Assembly (NCBI GenBank): GCA_002269645.1
Contig: NIVC01001602.1
Coordinates: forward strand, 1-63,255
Direction: 5' to 3'
Source of the DNA: Macrostomum lignano
Lineage: Eukaryota
Length of the DNA stretch: 63,255 nt
The position numbers were made by a program, and so were the translations under genes. This document shows positions 26,501-39,789 of this stretch, in pieces. Position 1 is the first letter of the stretch, and the number at the start of each line of letters is the position of its first letter. The notes beneath the pieces are model-generated. The model was not told the DNA's origin, did not search any database, and saw nothing but the letters and a program-made list of their open reading frames with translations.

Positions 26501-27301
26501 AGGTGGAAACTTTAACATTTTTCTGAGTGTACATCAGATGCTTGACACATCTTTTTTTACAAAAAAATTTTTATTTTAAAATGAGAGCTAGCCTAGACTA
26601 AGAACAATGTGTATTTCGTTTTCTGAGTGAATCAATTTCAAAATAGATGGGTACTACCAATACTATCCTTTTTATTTTTAAACATGATGGTAATTTACTA
26701 ACGAGCTATTGTTTAGTTTCGTCCTTATTTGTTACTCAAATTATCTCCTTACAAAAGTTTTAATCCTTCTGTTTTCTTACAGTAAAAATAACTTTTTTTT
26801 CTACCAAACTTAGACACTGTCAAAGAACTGTAGCATGCTTGCTTATTTTACATTCTAATATTCCATAAAATTACTTAATTTAACATTCCTTGCTTTTCCA
26901 GTAAGCTTCTATTGAATTCTGATACCTCGTATATTAGCTAATGTAAAGTCGAATTACTGACTAACTAGCTTCTTGTCCAGTAATTTTCAATGCAAAGTCC
27001 CAGTCGAGTAATTTTGTTTGTACTAAACAAGAGTATATACTTCGCCATTTGCTATGATGCAATAGATTTCTAGTGAAATTTGCGGAAGAAAACGATACTA
27101 TAAATATACGGTACCTACCGAGACCAGACTACTTAAGTTAGAAACGTAATTTATTACTCAATTAATTGAGTAAAAATACACCAAAAAGCACCGGCTTGGA
27201 CTCAATTAACTTCAATAAATAGCCCCTACTTTACTCTTAGTATTTATTTATTCATATTATTATTATTTAATTGTTGTCGAATGTTGTAGAATAGGGCACG
27301 C

Positions 27302-27790
27302 ATGCACAAGCACCTTCACCGCTGGATCATGTGCATGGTCTCTCATCGTACTGCCACCTCGCACCTCCTGGGACACTCCCGCTCTCCTACACCGGACAAC
27401 CCGGTTCAGAATTTCGGCTATGCGGACGATGTTACCGCCACTGTGGCTGGACCATCACCTGCGGTCCCCAGGGACCTCCTTCAAGCCTTCATCCACCGTG
27501 CCGAGCGGTTCTCTGAGTAAAAAACCGTGGCTATCATGTCCACTAGCCCAGCCACTGAAACTGGATGATTGAATCGCTCTCCCTCTATCGCAAACCCGTT
27601 GTCGTGGAAAACAAATCAGATGTCTGGGCGTAAACCTCGACCACAGGTTGACAGGGCCTCACCCCAGTCGCCTCTGGTGGATTTACACTGCCATTGTGAG
27701 ACCGGCCATCTCCTTCGCCGGCTTCATTTGGAACAGAGCCCTAGAGGTGAAAAGGGTGAGCAAAATGGGCGGCAACGCCTCCTCGCTGCA
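27302..27790 (+). mobile_element. Degenerate non-LTR retrotransposon RT fragment (R1/LOA/I-like)
   Basis: GYADDV and WIYTAIVRPAISF..IW motifs across frameshifts. Confidence 0.75.
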
Positions 27791-28079
27791 TCTGGATGCA
27801 CGGAGCCCCCTGCAGCTAAGTCAAGTAAGAGCGGCAGATTTCCGGCAGACGGCTGGCATACATGTACACCGTAGCAGCCGACAGCTTCTCGTTCGGTGCT
27901 TCCTGGTGGTTAACATGCAGAAAACTGTCCTGCTGTGCGTGCCAGATGACATCGAGGCTGTGATTTTGTGCCGGGGCGCTGATGGACAGGCGACAGAGCT
28001 TCCGCGTTGTCAGCAGTTCGTCCATCCCGACGGTCTGGTTCTGGCGGTGATGATTTGCGCGTCCGCGACGCCGCGGGCT

Positions 28080-28345
28080 TGCTTTTCGCTCTGTGAGGGC
28101 AGTGCTGCAATCCGCGGCCCTATCTAACCCTATGTTTGAGACAATCCTGCTGTACAACGCCGAAACCTGGACGCTGACAGAGTCGATCGAGCGACAAATT
28201 GACGCGGCGCATGCTGGCCTGCTTCACGATCGCGGCTACGAGCAAGTAACTAATGCAGCTTTGTATCGCCGCGCCGGCTTTGGTCCATCCAAGCGACCTG
28301 TTGCGCCTTCGGCGACTCCAGCTGGCAGGCCACATCATCCGCGCC
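28080..28345 (+). mobile_element. RTE-like LINE 3' fragment inside the kinase pseudogene
   Basis: FETILLYNAETWTLTESIERQIDAAHAGLL...VTNAALY. Confidence 0.75.
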
Positions 28346-28781
28346 GAGTCGAATTGTACTGAGTCGTACTGCCGTACTGAATCGTACTGAGAGTTGAAGA
28401 GCGCAAAGTTAGTGAACCCATCGTTCTGGAATCCAGCATTGAACTTCCGCGCATTAGCACCAGCGAGCCGAACGAGTTCTTTTCCGTATTCTACACAGTT
28501 AAGAAAGCCAATTAAAATGCTGAACTTAACAATGGTGGGCTGTATAGTAGGTAACGGAGTGAAATACTGGCCAAACACGAGTGCGCGTTACGCGCTGACT
28601 TCGTGCAGCAAGGACCATTGTATTGCTTCATCGCGGTGCCCCTATGTACAATGATGATAAAATAAGGATTTAAAGGTGATGGAAGTGATGATTGAGACAC
28701 TGAACACTCTTGCTAGCCCAACTGAAACGCCCTGCACCGCAAACTTCTGCATCTGCTTAACTACAACCCATCCAGCCAATT

Positions 28782-29855
28782 CGAGTTGAAGTACTTATGG
28801 TTTTCTCGGGGTGGCCTGGTAGGTCTTTGAATCCCACCGCTGCCACCAGTGAAGTACAAGCTATTTGCTTCTCGGATTAGGCCCTTGCGGATTACCTTAA
28901 ACTCGGCCTCTTCTTCTTGGGAATTTCTCTCAACTCTCAGTAGCGTAGGTAGTGCTGCCACCAGTTCCTTCAGGTCTCGGCCCTCGATGAGGTGAGCCTC
29001 CCGTCGGAACGAAATAAACAAGTCAACGAACTCAGCACAGCGTGCAGATTTGCAGATTAATGAACAAGGCGTCCTGATCAGCAGATCCCCGCCGGGCTCA
29101 GGGGTGGCTGGGAAGGCAGTGTTAGCCTCCCTTAGGCTTGGGCTTTAGTGGGATCTCAGTCAGACCAGTACAAACGGATTCAGTACGCAAAGGGCACTTA
29201 GTTAGACACTGACGCACACGGGATCTTAGTGAATTCTCCGCAGATAAGAAGCCTTTCCTTGACGGAAACAAGGGAGAGGGGTCCTATTTATAACGGGGAA
29301 GCACCCACGCACAAGACCTCGTGACCTCGTTCTATTTTTAGACTGACGTCACTTAAGAGTCTCGGGCAGGGTACAAGCGTGCGGAAGACCTCGTGACTCG
29401 TTCTATTTTTAGAACTGACGTCACTTGAGGGTCTCCCGGCAGAGTGCACATGGCTGTGACTCAGTTGCTATTTTTAGCAACATGAGTCACTCCTCTCCTT
29501 AGAGAAGGGAGGGGTCCGAAAGCATGTGACTCTCTCGGTAAACAGGGCCAACAAGTGCAGTAAACATGTTTACTGCACTTTAGGACTCAAAGAACAGAGG
29601 ATCTGTCATGTGACTCGCTCACATGACAGGGGAAACAAAGACCGAGCGAAACAGAGACAGCCCACAGCAGAGAAGCTGAGGGCTGAGAAACAAGGGGCAA
29701 AACGGGCAAAACGAGGGAAGGGAGCAGCAACAGACAGACAAAAGGAGGGAGGCGGGAAGCTGACTAGCGGCAGACAGCAACCCAGGGCGAGGGCGAGGGC
29801 AAGGGCGACTGCTGACAAAGTGGGACGCCTAACATCAACTAGCGGATCACTACAG
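28782..29855 (-). mobile_element. Unclassified ~1.07-kb insertion (LTR/promoter-like part plus ORF fragment) splitting the kinase pseudogene
   Basis: Kinase homology stops at ccaatt (28781) and resumes at tctagaaatc (29856). The insert has tandem CRE/AP-1-like motifs and a minus-strand ORF fragment. Confidence 0.55.
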
Positions 29856-30739
29856 TCTAGAAATCAAATTGAAAACAAAGCTACAGAAACGAAGTATCAG
29901 TGCTTAAGTGGTGTCGCAATAACGAGAAAATTATATTTTATAGAACTTTGCTTTTTATAAATTTGATTGCACACGGTCACTTTGATACAACTGTGCAGCA
30001 ACAGTTGTACACGCTTAGGATCGTGGTTTGCATATTTTTGCGTCCAAGATATAGCAATATTTGCTATTTCACTCGTATTAGTAGTATATTTGATTGTTAA
30101 AGGTCTGTAAGCAGGCCCTTTCTGTGAATCAAAATTTTATCCGAGTGGACTATTTAGCACTCAGTAAGAATTAACCATTTTTTCTCCAATATGCATTACC
30201 TTTATATCTATTTAATCAGCACGTGGAGTGATTCCGGAATCTCGAATCCCTTTTTTGGACTAAACAATAGAAGACCGAGATAAAAAGCCAAATTTAGCCT
30301 CTAGAATGGAAATCATTTTACTGTGGCAAAAAATTTACGTGCTGACACATGAGAGCAACAATTTTTTACTGTTTTGTCATTTGACTTGAAGGTAAAACAA
30401 TGGTGAGACGTCAGGGGCTACGTCGACTGCTTCTTAAAACATGCCTCAGTAAGCCAAGTGGAAAAAGCTATAGGCAAGTGAATGCATGCAAACAAGTGTA
30501 ATGCTTAGTAAAGACAGGCCAACGACAGGAAGAAAGACTTGAAGAGTGACGAAGCTTGAGTAAAAAAAACAGAAAGCAGAGAACAGTAAAAAGATAGATA
30601 GAATGGGAGAGTAGGACTCTTCATTTCCCTGAAGCAACCAATATTAATTTTTAATAAATTTCTAAAAGAGTTTTCAAGGCTACCGGTTAAAGTCCTAAGC
30701 TAAAGGCATTATGATGGCAGCTACGAGCGTAATTAAGAA

Positions 30740-30827
30740 AACTGCAATGTTTTACTTGCATGCGGCCCGCACACCCCAAGCCAGTTGTCAATGCGGCCCG
30801 CTGCCAGTAGAAGGTTGGGGACCCCTG
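30740..30827. mobile_element. hAT (Charlie/Ac-like) MITE end; related remnants at ~17930-17995 and ~31480-31590
   Basis: Ends GTTGGGGACCCCTG with GCGGCCC subterminal motifs, as in CAGGGG-type hAT TIRs. Confidence 0.5.
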
Positions 30828-31204
30828 TTCTGAGCCATTCCACTGCCAATTAAAATTACTGCCAGTCAGAAGTCTTTTCAAGCAGAGAGTTTTGAGAAGC
30901 TGGCAACCCATCCCAATGCTTAAGCCTACATTCATGGAAAAATTACAGCCGCATCATGTAACTATTGTGAGGCGAGGCGTCTCCACACTGCCAGAAAACC
31001 TTGCTGAGGATTGGGCCAGGTAAGGAGGGCGGCCGGCACCTCACAAGGAAAACAAAGGGAGACAATGGCGAGTGGCTGCCCTAGCAACCAGCAAAATGTT
31101 TTACACCCAGCAGAATTTCTTCAAAAATGAAAAGTAGAAGGTAACTTTAGGCATCCTACTAAAAGCCCGGAAAGATCTTTGCAAGATCGCGTTAAAAAAT
31201 TCTA

Positions 31205-34200
31205 ATGGAGTCAATAATTTTCGGCTTGTTTATGCTGCTAGTCTGTTGCTGTTTTTGCTTCGATTCTGCCCAAGGTAAGCCAATTGATTTGCATTATCTA
31301 AGAGTCAGCAATTTTTTTACTCGTACCACGACGCCAGCTAAAAAATTCGGCTCTTAGCTGAGGGGTAGATGAGAGTGGAAGGCGAAAGATTAGATAAGAG
31401 AATAGAATGGGAGAGAAGAGGGTGGGGGAGAGAAGAGGAGAGAGAGGAGAGAGAGAAATGAGAAGAGACACAATTCACAAACCCTAAGCAGGCCGGATTG
31501 CTATTGTGAAGTTTCAAAGGGCCCGAGGGCCGGATAAAGAGGCTTTGTGAGCTGCATGTGGCCCGCGGACCCGAGTGTACTAGCCCCTGGGCCAAGTGAA
31601 TATTAGCGGTGTCAGTGACTTGGGCTGACCAGATAAGCATCAGTGCCAAGTCGTGCGGCGCATACATGTACAGCTGGTGCAGGCGGTGCTAATGTACACC
31701 ATCCCGTCATATATGTCTCTGTCAGTGGGGAGTAGGCGTCCTGCAAGGAGAGGCAGAGACCAGGAGATTGCATATGTGCAGCTCTTTAACGCTCTACAAT
31801 TGCTTTGCAGGATCCTGCAATCCTGCTCGCTACACGCAACACAATGGTGCCCTTACGATCAACTCCGGAGTCAGTAGCCAAGTCAGTAACATCTCTGGAG
31901 TGGAATCCCTGCAGGGTTGCCTGACTCTGTGCCGGATGAGGGACTGCGTTGCTCTCGAGTACCGACCGAGCAGCGGTCTTTGCCGGCCGGTGACTGTCTC
32001 AAAAGGATCCAGCGAGTCCAGAGTCCTGGGGACAGAGCCTGGCTCTGAAGTTTTCAAGCTGAAGAATTTTGACTCTGTGATTAATTCGATATTAAGCACC
32101 AACATCACTCTTCTCTTCACAAGTAAGCCTTGCTTTTCGTATTAAAAGCATTTTGTAACCATAGTTGAGTAAAAATTAATTTGAGAACACATTTCAGACA
32201 CCAGCACTGGTCAAAACGGCAGCATACAGCAGACAACAATAAACGTGACCGGCTGTTATCGCATTGAGATTGCTGGAGCCGAGGGTGGTAACAACACCGG
32301 CAGAAGTAAATATGGCGGTAGGGGAGCCCTGGTCGCTAGAAATGTCAGCCTGACGGCCGGCAGCGTGCTGTCCATTGTCGTTGGTCAGGCTGGTGGCCAC
32401 GCGATATCCGATTATGTTGGAGGTGGCGGCGGCGGTGGAAGTTTTGTGTACCGTGCATCGGACAGTGAGCCGCTCATGGCGGCTGGCGGTGGCGGCGGAG
32501 CCTCCAGGGACAACCATGGTTCGTTTACCTTTTCATTTTAAGTAGTTTTCTTTTCAATACGTACTAATCAGTAAGAATATTCCAAAATATCTTAATTCGA
32601 AGTATATAAACTTCAAGGCACAATTTTGACTTCACACTCAAAATCAGAACGCTTTAAAGTTAATTTTTAATGAAACATCTGCGCTTTCACAAATGAAAAA
32701 AAATCGTCAGCTTTTAAGTTAAATGAATTGCTATCTCGTACATGGTGAAAACCTCTCTCCAGAGTAGATCGGTGAAATAAATTTAATTTATATTTTGTTA
32801 ATTTTTTTGGTAGCTCGTAGTCTCTGCACGAGCCTAGTCCGTTATATTTATAGTGTTATGGCACCGGAACGCATAATGGTACTAAATAAACCTAAAGTTA
32901 TTTACATCCACTAAAAAAGGTTAAACACTTTTCTTCAGGACGCCCCGGTCAGGCTGGAAGAAACGGTTCAAACTCTTACGGCTCAAGCCAGGTAATTTTA
33001 TGACACTTTGTTTAGATAATGCTCGATAATAAAGACGTTTTGATGGCTACTAAACGCCTTTTAACAAAGCTCAAAACAAGCTTTTTCATTTAGTTGATCC
33101 CCATCTACTAAGTAGATTAGAAAAGGACAAAAAAAATAAATTTTAAAGCAGGATTCAATGTCATAACAACTAAAAATGTTAAAAAAATAGACCAGAAACA
33201 ATTCGAATAAACCGTATCAGGACCTGAGTTGCATCAAATCTTGACACACTTGTGAAATTCGTATAGTAGCTACTTACATGTAAATTTGGCTATAGTAAAA
33301 AACTATAGCGCATTCTAGTATACTATACTATACTCCTATACTATTCTACTATACTATTAGCGCATTCAACTATACTATTAAACTATATGCGCAGTCTACA
33401 CTATTTATGCATTTTAGTAGTTCTTAGTAGTAGAAATAAGGTTTTTGCATATCTAAAAGTGAATTATTAGTTTGCCTGGTAAGTATTAAAGACCATAGCT
33501 TGCTGGAGTTTTAGTTTCAGTTGTAGCTAGCTATAGTACCTATCGAGCTCTAGCTTGTATATTAATAATTTTGGCTCGACCAAATTAATTTATGATTAAA
33601 TTAATGATTAATTTTTTTGGCTCGACCGCTATAAATACTATAGAGAGAAGCTAAAATATTGAAACGTAAAATAGAAAATGCCACTACTATACTTTTAGCG
33701 TTTCTTGATATTTTTCTTATAGCTAGTAAAAATTGCAGAATATTGAATGTTACAATTAGTTATACCGATACATATGATCTACTATTAAAAAGAATATAGC
33801 TAAGGAAAATACGACAAAAATATTTACAAAACTATGAGTAATTTTTTACAACACACAAAAATTTATACAGCACTTTGAGATCGGCGTAGGAGGCATCAAT
33901 GGACAACCGGGCAGTAATGATCCGTCTAGTGCGGAGTCAAACGAAAATTACGGTGGCTGCGGCGCTGGCTGGAACGGTAGAGCAGCCGTTGCGACCAGTA
34001 ACGAAAATGGTGGCGGAGGTGGTAGCAGGTATGAAAATTGGATTGGCGGCTCCTCCAGCCAAGGCTCTTCCTACGGCTTGGGCGGCTTCGGTGGCGGCGG
34101 AGGAGCTGCTACGGGCGACGGTAGCCCAGCCGTAGGTACCGCTGGAGCTGGTGGCGGCTACAGTGGAGGCGGAGCTGGACTTGATGACGATCTTTCTGGC

Positions 34201-34323
34201 GGAGGCGGCGGCTCCTTCTGTGGCGGTAGCGGCTGCGTGGCCACCACTGGCGGCAACACGAACAGTACCCAAGGATTTGTTAGGATTATGTTTGATTTTG
34301 TTATCCCCTACACATGCGCTTGA
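31205..34323 (+). CDS. Secreted PAN/Apple-like + ALK/LTK-type glycine-rich domain protein, copy 2 (intact, ~402 aa)
   Basis: Exons 31205-31274, 31811-32122, 32198-32518, 32939-32991 and 33871-34323 total 1209 nt with consistent phases and no stops. Signal peptide MESIIFGLFMLLVCCCFCFDSAQ; CLTLC..RDCVALEY...C; motifs YRIEIAGAEGG, IVVGQAG, GGGGGSFV, PLMAAGGGGG, GGFGGGG, GGGYSGG, GGGGSF. Confidence 0.85.
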
Positions 34324-34769
34324 GGTCTAGAAATTAATCAGGGATATGGAGAGCATAGGGTGGCGGCCGAAAGTAACACTCATTACAGCTAAAGCAAAAT
34401 ATAATTTTTGTTTAGAAACTTATGCATCAAACCAAAGCCAGGGGAACCGGGAGCAAGATGACAGCGTCACGGGGAAATAATAATTGAGTCTCCGGGAAAT
34501 TAACGGGAAATTAACGGGGGATTAACTGGGGTGCCAGATTCTCAGGTAAAGAGACGGTTAAGAAGTAGGCATAGTACCTACGATCGTAGGTTATGCGAAG
34601 CCGATACCACTCGTATAACCAAAAATCCTACATATTAGGAATAATGTAGCAATATACTACACGAGGCCAACTCCTCCGTTGGCGGAGTGAGGGGATAGAA
34701 CTCCCATCGCCAGAATTTCATTCCCCGAAACCATCAGCTGAATCCAATGACACGAATCCCATCGTCCAA

Positions 34770-36440
34770 ATCCTCTCCAAATCCTATATTAACCTCCCAA
34801 AAACCATGTTGTTTTACCTGTGTGCAAAAATTGACTGCCTGCCATCGTCCAGACTGAGACTCTCGTCTGTCTCCTCTCTCCTCTTTGCTCTCTCATCTCT
34901 AATCTCTCCTATGTCCTCTCTGCTCTCTCATCTCTAATCTCTCCTATCTCCTCTCTGCTCTCATCTCCTCGCTTATCTATCATTTCTCATGTCTACTCTC
35001 TTATCTCTCCTCACTACTTTCTCCTCTCAACTTTTTCCTCTCTCCTCTTTTATCTCTTCTCTCTCCTCTCCTTTATCTCCTCTCTGCTCTCTCATCTCTC
35101 TACTTTCTCCCCTCTCCTCTCTCCCTTATCCTCTTGCTTCTCTCTCCTCTCTCTCCCCTCATCTCTACTAATTTATCTCTTCTCTCTCGTCTTTTGGCTC
35201 TACTCCCTCTGTCTCCTCTTTCTCCTCTCTTACCCCTCTCCTCTCTCCTCTCAATTCCTTCATCTCTTCTCTCGCCTTTATTCTCTTTTTTTCTTTTCTC
35301 TAATCTGTCCCTTTTAATTCTCTCTTTTCATGTTCTCTTTCATCTAATCTTTTATCTACTCTAGCCTTTTCTCTTTTCTCTATTCCCTTTCAATTTAACC
35401 ATTTCATCCTCTCCATGAAACAGCTATCATCAAAATCCTCTCCGTTAAACTGCAATCTAGCTTGTATCATCCTCCTTCAAGCTACAATCCATCGATTTAA
35501 AAAAATACTATCTCTATCAAATTTCAGTCAATCAAGACTATGAAACTGAAGTCTATAAAAATATGATTTTTACTTGTCTGGGTATACGTCAAAAAATCTT
35601 CCAAATCTTCCAAATCCTCCATAAAACCTCTGAAATATCATAGCATGTTTTCCCTGTTTACAAAAATTGACTGCCATCGTCCAGACTGAGACTCTCTCCT
35701 GTCGCCTCTCTCCTCTTTGCTCCTTTATCTAATCTCTTCTTTCTGCTTCCTGCTCTCCATCTCCTCTCTCATCTCTACTCTTACTTTCTTATCAATCACC
35801 TCCCATCTCTCATCTCTCCCCTCTATTTTCTCATCTCTATTCTCTCATCTTTCCCCTTTTGCTCTCTCATTTGTTTTTTCATCTCTCTCTTCTCTCCCTT
35901 CTCTTCTCGCTTCGCTCTCTCCCCTCTTCTCTCTATCTCTTCTCTCCTGTCTTCTCTCAATTCTCTCTATCTCTCCTCTTCTCTCTCATCTCTCATCTCT
36001 ACTCGCTTATCTATCGCCTCTCCTCTACCCTGTCCTCTCTCTCTCCTCTTTTTTCTCTCTCGTCTCTCCTCTCTGCTCTCAATTCTCATACTCCTATTTT
36101 CTCTCTTACCCTCTCCCTCTTCATCTCTCATCTTTCCCCTCTTCTCTCTACCGTCTCCTGTCTCATCTCTCCTCTCTCTTCTCTCTCCTCTGTACTATCT
36201 TATCCCTCCTCTCTCCTCCCATCTTTCCTCCCTCCTTTGCTCTCTCATTTTCCTCTCTCCCCTCCTTTCTTCCCTCTACTTTCTCTTCTCTTCGCTCTCC
36301 CTCTTCATCATTCCCGCCTCACTCCCCTCTTCTCTCCCCTCTGGCTCTGTCGTCTTTAATCTCTTATCTCTCATATCTACTGTCTTTCTATCATCTTTCT
36401 ATCCTCTCTTCTCCTTGAAATCTCTCTTCTCTTTACTCTC
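34770..36440. repeat. Two CT-rich low-complexity tracts (~34857-35390, ~35695-36440), each after a duplicated head sequence
   Basis: aaaaattgactgcc..atcgtccagactgagactctc at ~34826 and ~35663. Confidence 0.9.
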
Positions 36441-37777
36441 TTATCTGACGGACTGAAAGCGCCGATAATCAAACCAATTGAAATTTGTTACCCGCCTCCT
36501 CCATTACTGAATTTACTCAAATGATAGCTGGCCTGAATTTGTGTACTCAACCCCCCCCCCCCCAACTACAATCTTGGCAGAAATTTTAAAAGTATGGAAT
36601 CGTTTTTTCAATGCTGTGCTTTTTGTTTTCATATTTAAAGCAAATAACTTATATCCCCGAATTCAGCGTTGCAAGATCCTTCCAGCAATATAAGTCTCTC
36701 CTCTCAAAGTTAAAAAAAAGGAACAGTTAACGTCTGAACTTCCCGGTTCAAAGCATTAAGTATCGAGTGTACATTCACCTGCCTGCTGTTTATTCATTGA
36801 ATTTCACTGCCCAGCTAATATACAGACAGGCTGCCTTTTGAAAGGCGCCGATAGTAAAACCAATTGAATCTCGACACAGTCCTATCTATCTGTTTACAAT
36901 GTACATTGCTATGTACACTCAGCCCAAACCAACCCTCCGTTCTGGAGGGAAGCATTAAATTTAACTGAACCCCCAACACGCGGGGGTTTTATTAGCATTG
37001 AACCCAGAACACGCATCAACCACCCCTCCAATACACAGCGACCTGCGGGGGGAGGTTGGGGTGGTTGTTTTTACAATAATGCCACTGGAGAGGCAAAGTG
37101 GCCAAAGAAGGTTAAGAAAACAGCTTTTTGCTTTTTTAACGGACTTGACTTTTAATTTTTCAACATTAAAATAGCCTATTTGTTGCGTAGGAAAATTCTG
37201 AATTGATATATGTACGTCCCGCATTTGAGTTGCCAGCCGTCTAGGAGGAGATACGCGTTAAACCCGGCCGGTCGATCGATCCACTCAGCTTTAGATATAA
37301 GATATATATTATTATTCTAGATATCAGTGGCTGCAACATGTTTTATTCGATCATATCTTTACTAAAGCCACAGAAATGTAGGATTTTTTTCTTCTTTTAT
37401 CATTGTTTTTTAGAAAGCTAAAAATTTGAAAACGTTTTTTGATAATCTACGTAGTTTCCACTAGTCGGTAGGGTGAATATGTGACGCACCGAAATGATAG
37501 GCGACAAAAATGTTTAAGCAACGCCATGCAATTTAAAGCCATTGAATTTCCTCATTGAATTATTGAGTACCAGTTTGCCACTGCTGTTTGACTAAATTGC
37601 TTTATAAGATAGATGTCCCCCTATAGATTTCCCTTTTTGATATATACATTCACTATAACATGGTATTTCGGTATCTAATTATACCATTAATCTATATCTA
37701 CCGTATCAATTTTGTAATATCAGACTATAAGACTAAGAGCTAATTGTTCAATAACTTTTCCTGCGTTATCTGTAATA

Positions 37778-38150
37778 ATGTTTACATATGTACCTACGTT
37801 TACCTATCTACTCATGTTCACCTATTTACTCATGTTTACCTATGTAAGATTTACCTATGTTTGCCTATTACCTCAAGTTTGCCTGTTTAGTCAAGTTTGC
37901 CTATTTACTCATTTTTACCTATATGTACATAGGGTTACCTACGTACAATTTTTTAAATGTTTGCCTAAAATGTTTTGCCTACTTATGTAGTTATGTTTGC
38001 CTATCTACTCATGTTTGCCTTTTTACTCATCCAACTACACTAAATGTTCACCTACGTACCTATGTTCACCTATTTACTCATGTTTGCCTATTTACTCACG
38101 TTCGCCTATTTAGTCACGTTTGCCTATTTAGTCATGTTTACCTAGGTTTA
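37778..38150. repeat. Degenerate ~20-bp minisatellite (TGTTTGCCTATTTACTCA-like)
   Basis: Recurrent tgtttgcctattta / tgttcacctattta motifs. Confidence 0.8.
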
Positions 38151-39789
38151 CTTTATACGTACTTATGCGTTCCTTATGTCAAGACCATAACGTCACGCTT
38201 GTAACTCTTGCACACTTGCCTGCATATACATATGCTATATAGTCAGTTTGCCCAACGCAGATGTTTTTTCTCTTCGATGTTGCTGAAAATATACGAAAGA
38301 ATTCTCTATTTCTTTTTTATTATCCTACAGAAAGTGCATTTCGATCTCGCCTCTTTCCCAATCTGAGGAACAACAACTTCCTATGGTAATTTATCGGTGT
38401 AGGACTGAGAACCATCCAGTTCTTCTCAGTTGTCATTGTTCTCAGTCCTGCTACAGTTGGACGAATTTAAGCTAACATTTTAACTGATCAAAAATTAAGC
38501 AATTCAAAAAAATTTAAAATAACAAAACCGTATACAACAGGAAGTTTAGCACAGTAAAAAATAGAAGCATCTTGTAAGCGCCTAGCGTCAAGTATAGTGG
38601 CCGTAAATATCACTCAAAAGTATTTCAACAGTGTTGGCGTCACTATTGATGCTAAGTCTAATTTTCTTTGCCGGTTTAGCACTCACTAGGTCGCTTTGTT
38701 TCATAGCTTCAACAAAGCGTTCAGGCTCGGTTTAAATAGACGCGGACTTGATGGCTGACTACCTTATTGAAGAGCATGAGATATTTTAACATAATCTTGT
38801 GCGTCAAACTGAATATATCGCTCAATAGCTGTCGAAGAGTGTCCTATAACACGAGCGATGTCCCCTCTAGCAAAGCCAGCACGATCGTACCCTCTTACGA
38901 TGTAGGGTACTTGCGCCAGTCTTGCTTAGCTAGAGACTGTTGAGTGTACTATTTAACTATTATCTGGAATTTCTCAAATTTTCTTCGACAGAGGGATGGG
39001 CTGAATCAATCCAAAATAGTGTGTTTATTATGTCTAAGAGTGTTTTTGTGTCTTTTAGTGTCACTGCCTCTGTCTAAAGCTGATGGCGAGAACTTCGTTC
39101 TGGAAGACGGTGGAGCAGGTGCCGGTGTGTTGGGAGAAGGTCGCCACAGTTCTCCCTCCAGACACGATGCAGTAGCCGTCGCCAGAGGCGGAGTTAATTT
39201 GGGACCCATCACTGAAGCAGTGGATTTCATGGGGTTTCCAGTTGTCTTTTGATTCATGACGTGGTGGTTTTGAATTTGAGCGGAGGGCAGAGCATGGACG
39301 GGATTCCGTCCGAGAGGGTCAGCAGGCCTCTCGCTGCTTCCAGCTATCGCAGGCTGAGGTCACCGAGCGGCCGGGCTAAATGTCTTTAGACGACAGGTGT
39401 GTCAATAAATTCAGGAGCAGGTCTCAGAATTTTAGTGCTTTCAAAGATACCGTAAAAGCCTTCTCTTTTATCTGGATTCAGTACATGAGTTAGGTTAGAT
39501 TCAGAGCTATAAAGTGCGTCAAAGCATCCGCATGATTTGTAAAACATTTATGTAAAGTTACGGACTATACTCATCCATTGATAGCTCTTTACGAGCTATA
39601 AAGTGCGTCAAAGCATCCACACAATTTGCAAGATAAATAATTTCTTGCGTTCTCTTCCAAAAAGTTATTCGATTAACTTCGAACAAAGTCGGTTGCTTCT
39701 TTAACAATCAAAAGTAACTGTAGCTTAGAATCGAATACGGGGATTAAGTAATTTTATCCTCAATTGAACATACTACTCGTGTTTTGCTG

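Larger units (their letters stand above)
27800..29930 (+). pseudogene. Fragmented paralogue of the 14049-15632 kinase
   Basis: Blocks ~27830-27900, ~28390-28520, ~28665-28781 and ~29856-29930 align by eye, colinearly, to kinase ~14719-14770, ~15087-15230, ~15244-15360 and ~15364-15440; interrupted by insertions. Confidence 0.85.

Noticed and set aside
14049-34323. A single ALK/LTK receptor tyrosine kinase gene
   Set aside because: The kinase lies upstream, has a Ser/Thr-type catalytic loop and its own stop; the glycine-rich genes end in stops with no TM segment.
34989-36418. Leu/Ser-rich hydrophobic ORFs
   Set aside because: Translations of CT-rich low-complexity DNA.
37778-38204. Two hydrophobic ORFs
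   Set aside because: Products of a degenerate 20-bp minisatellite.
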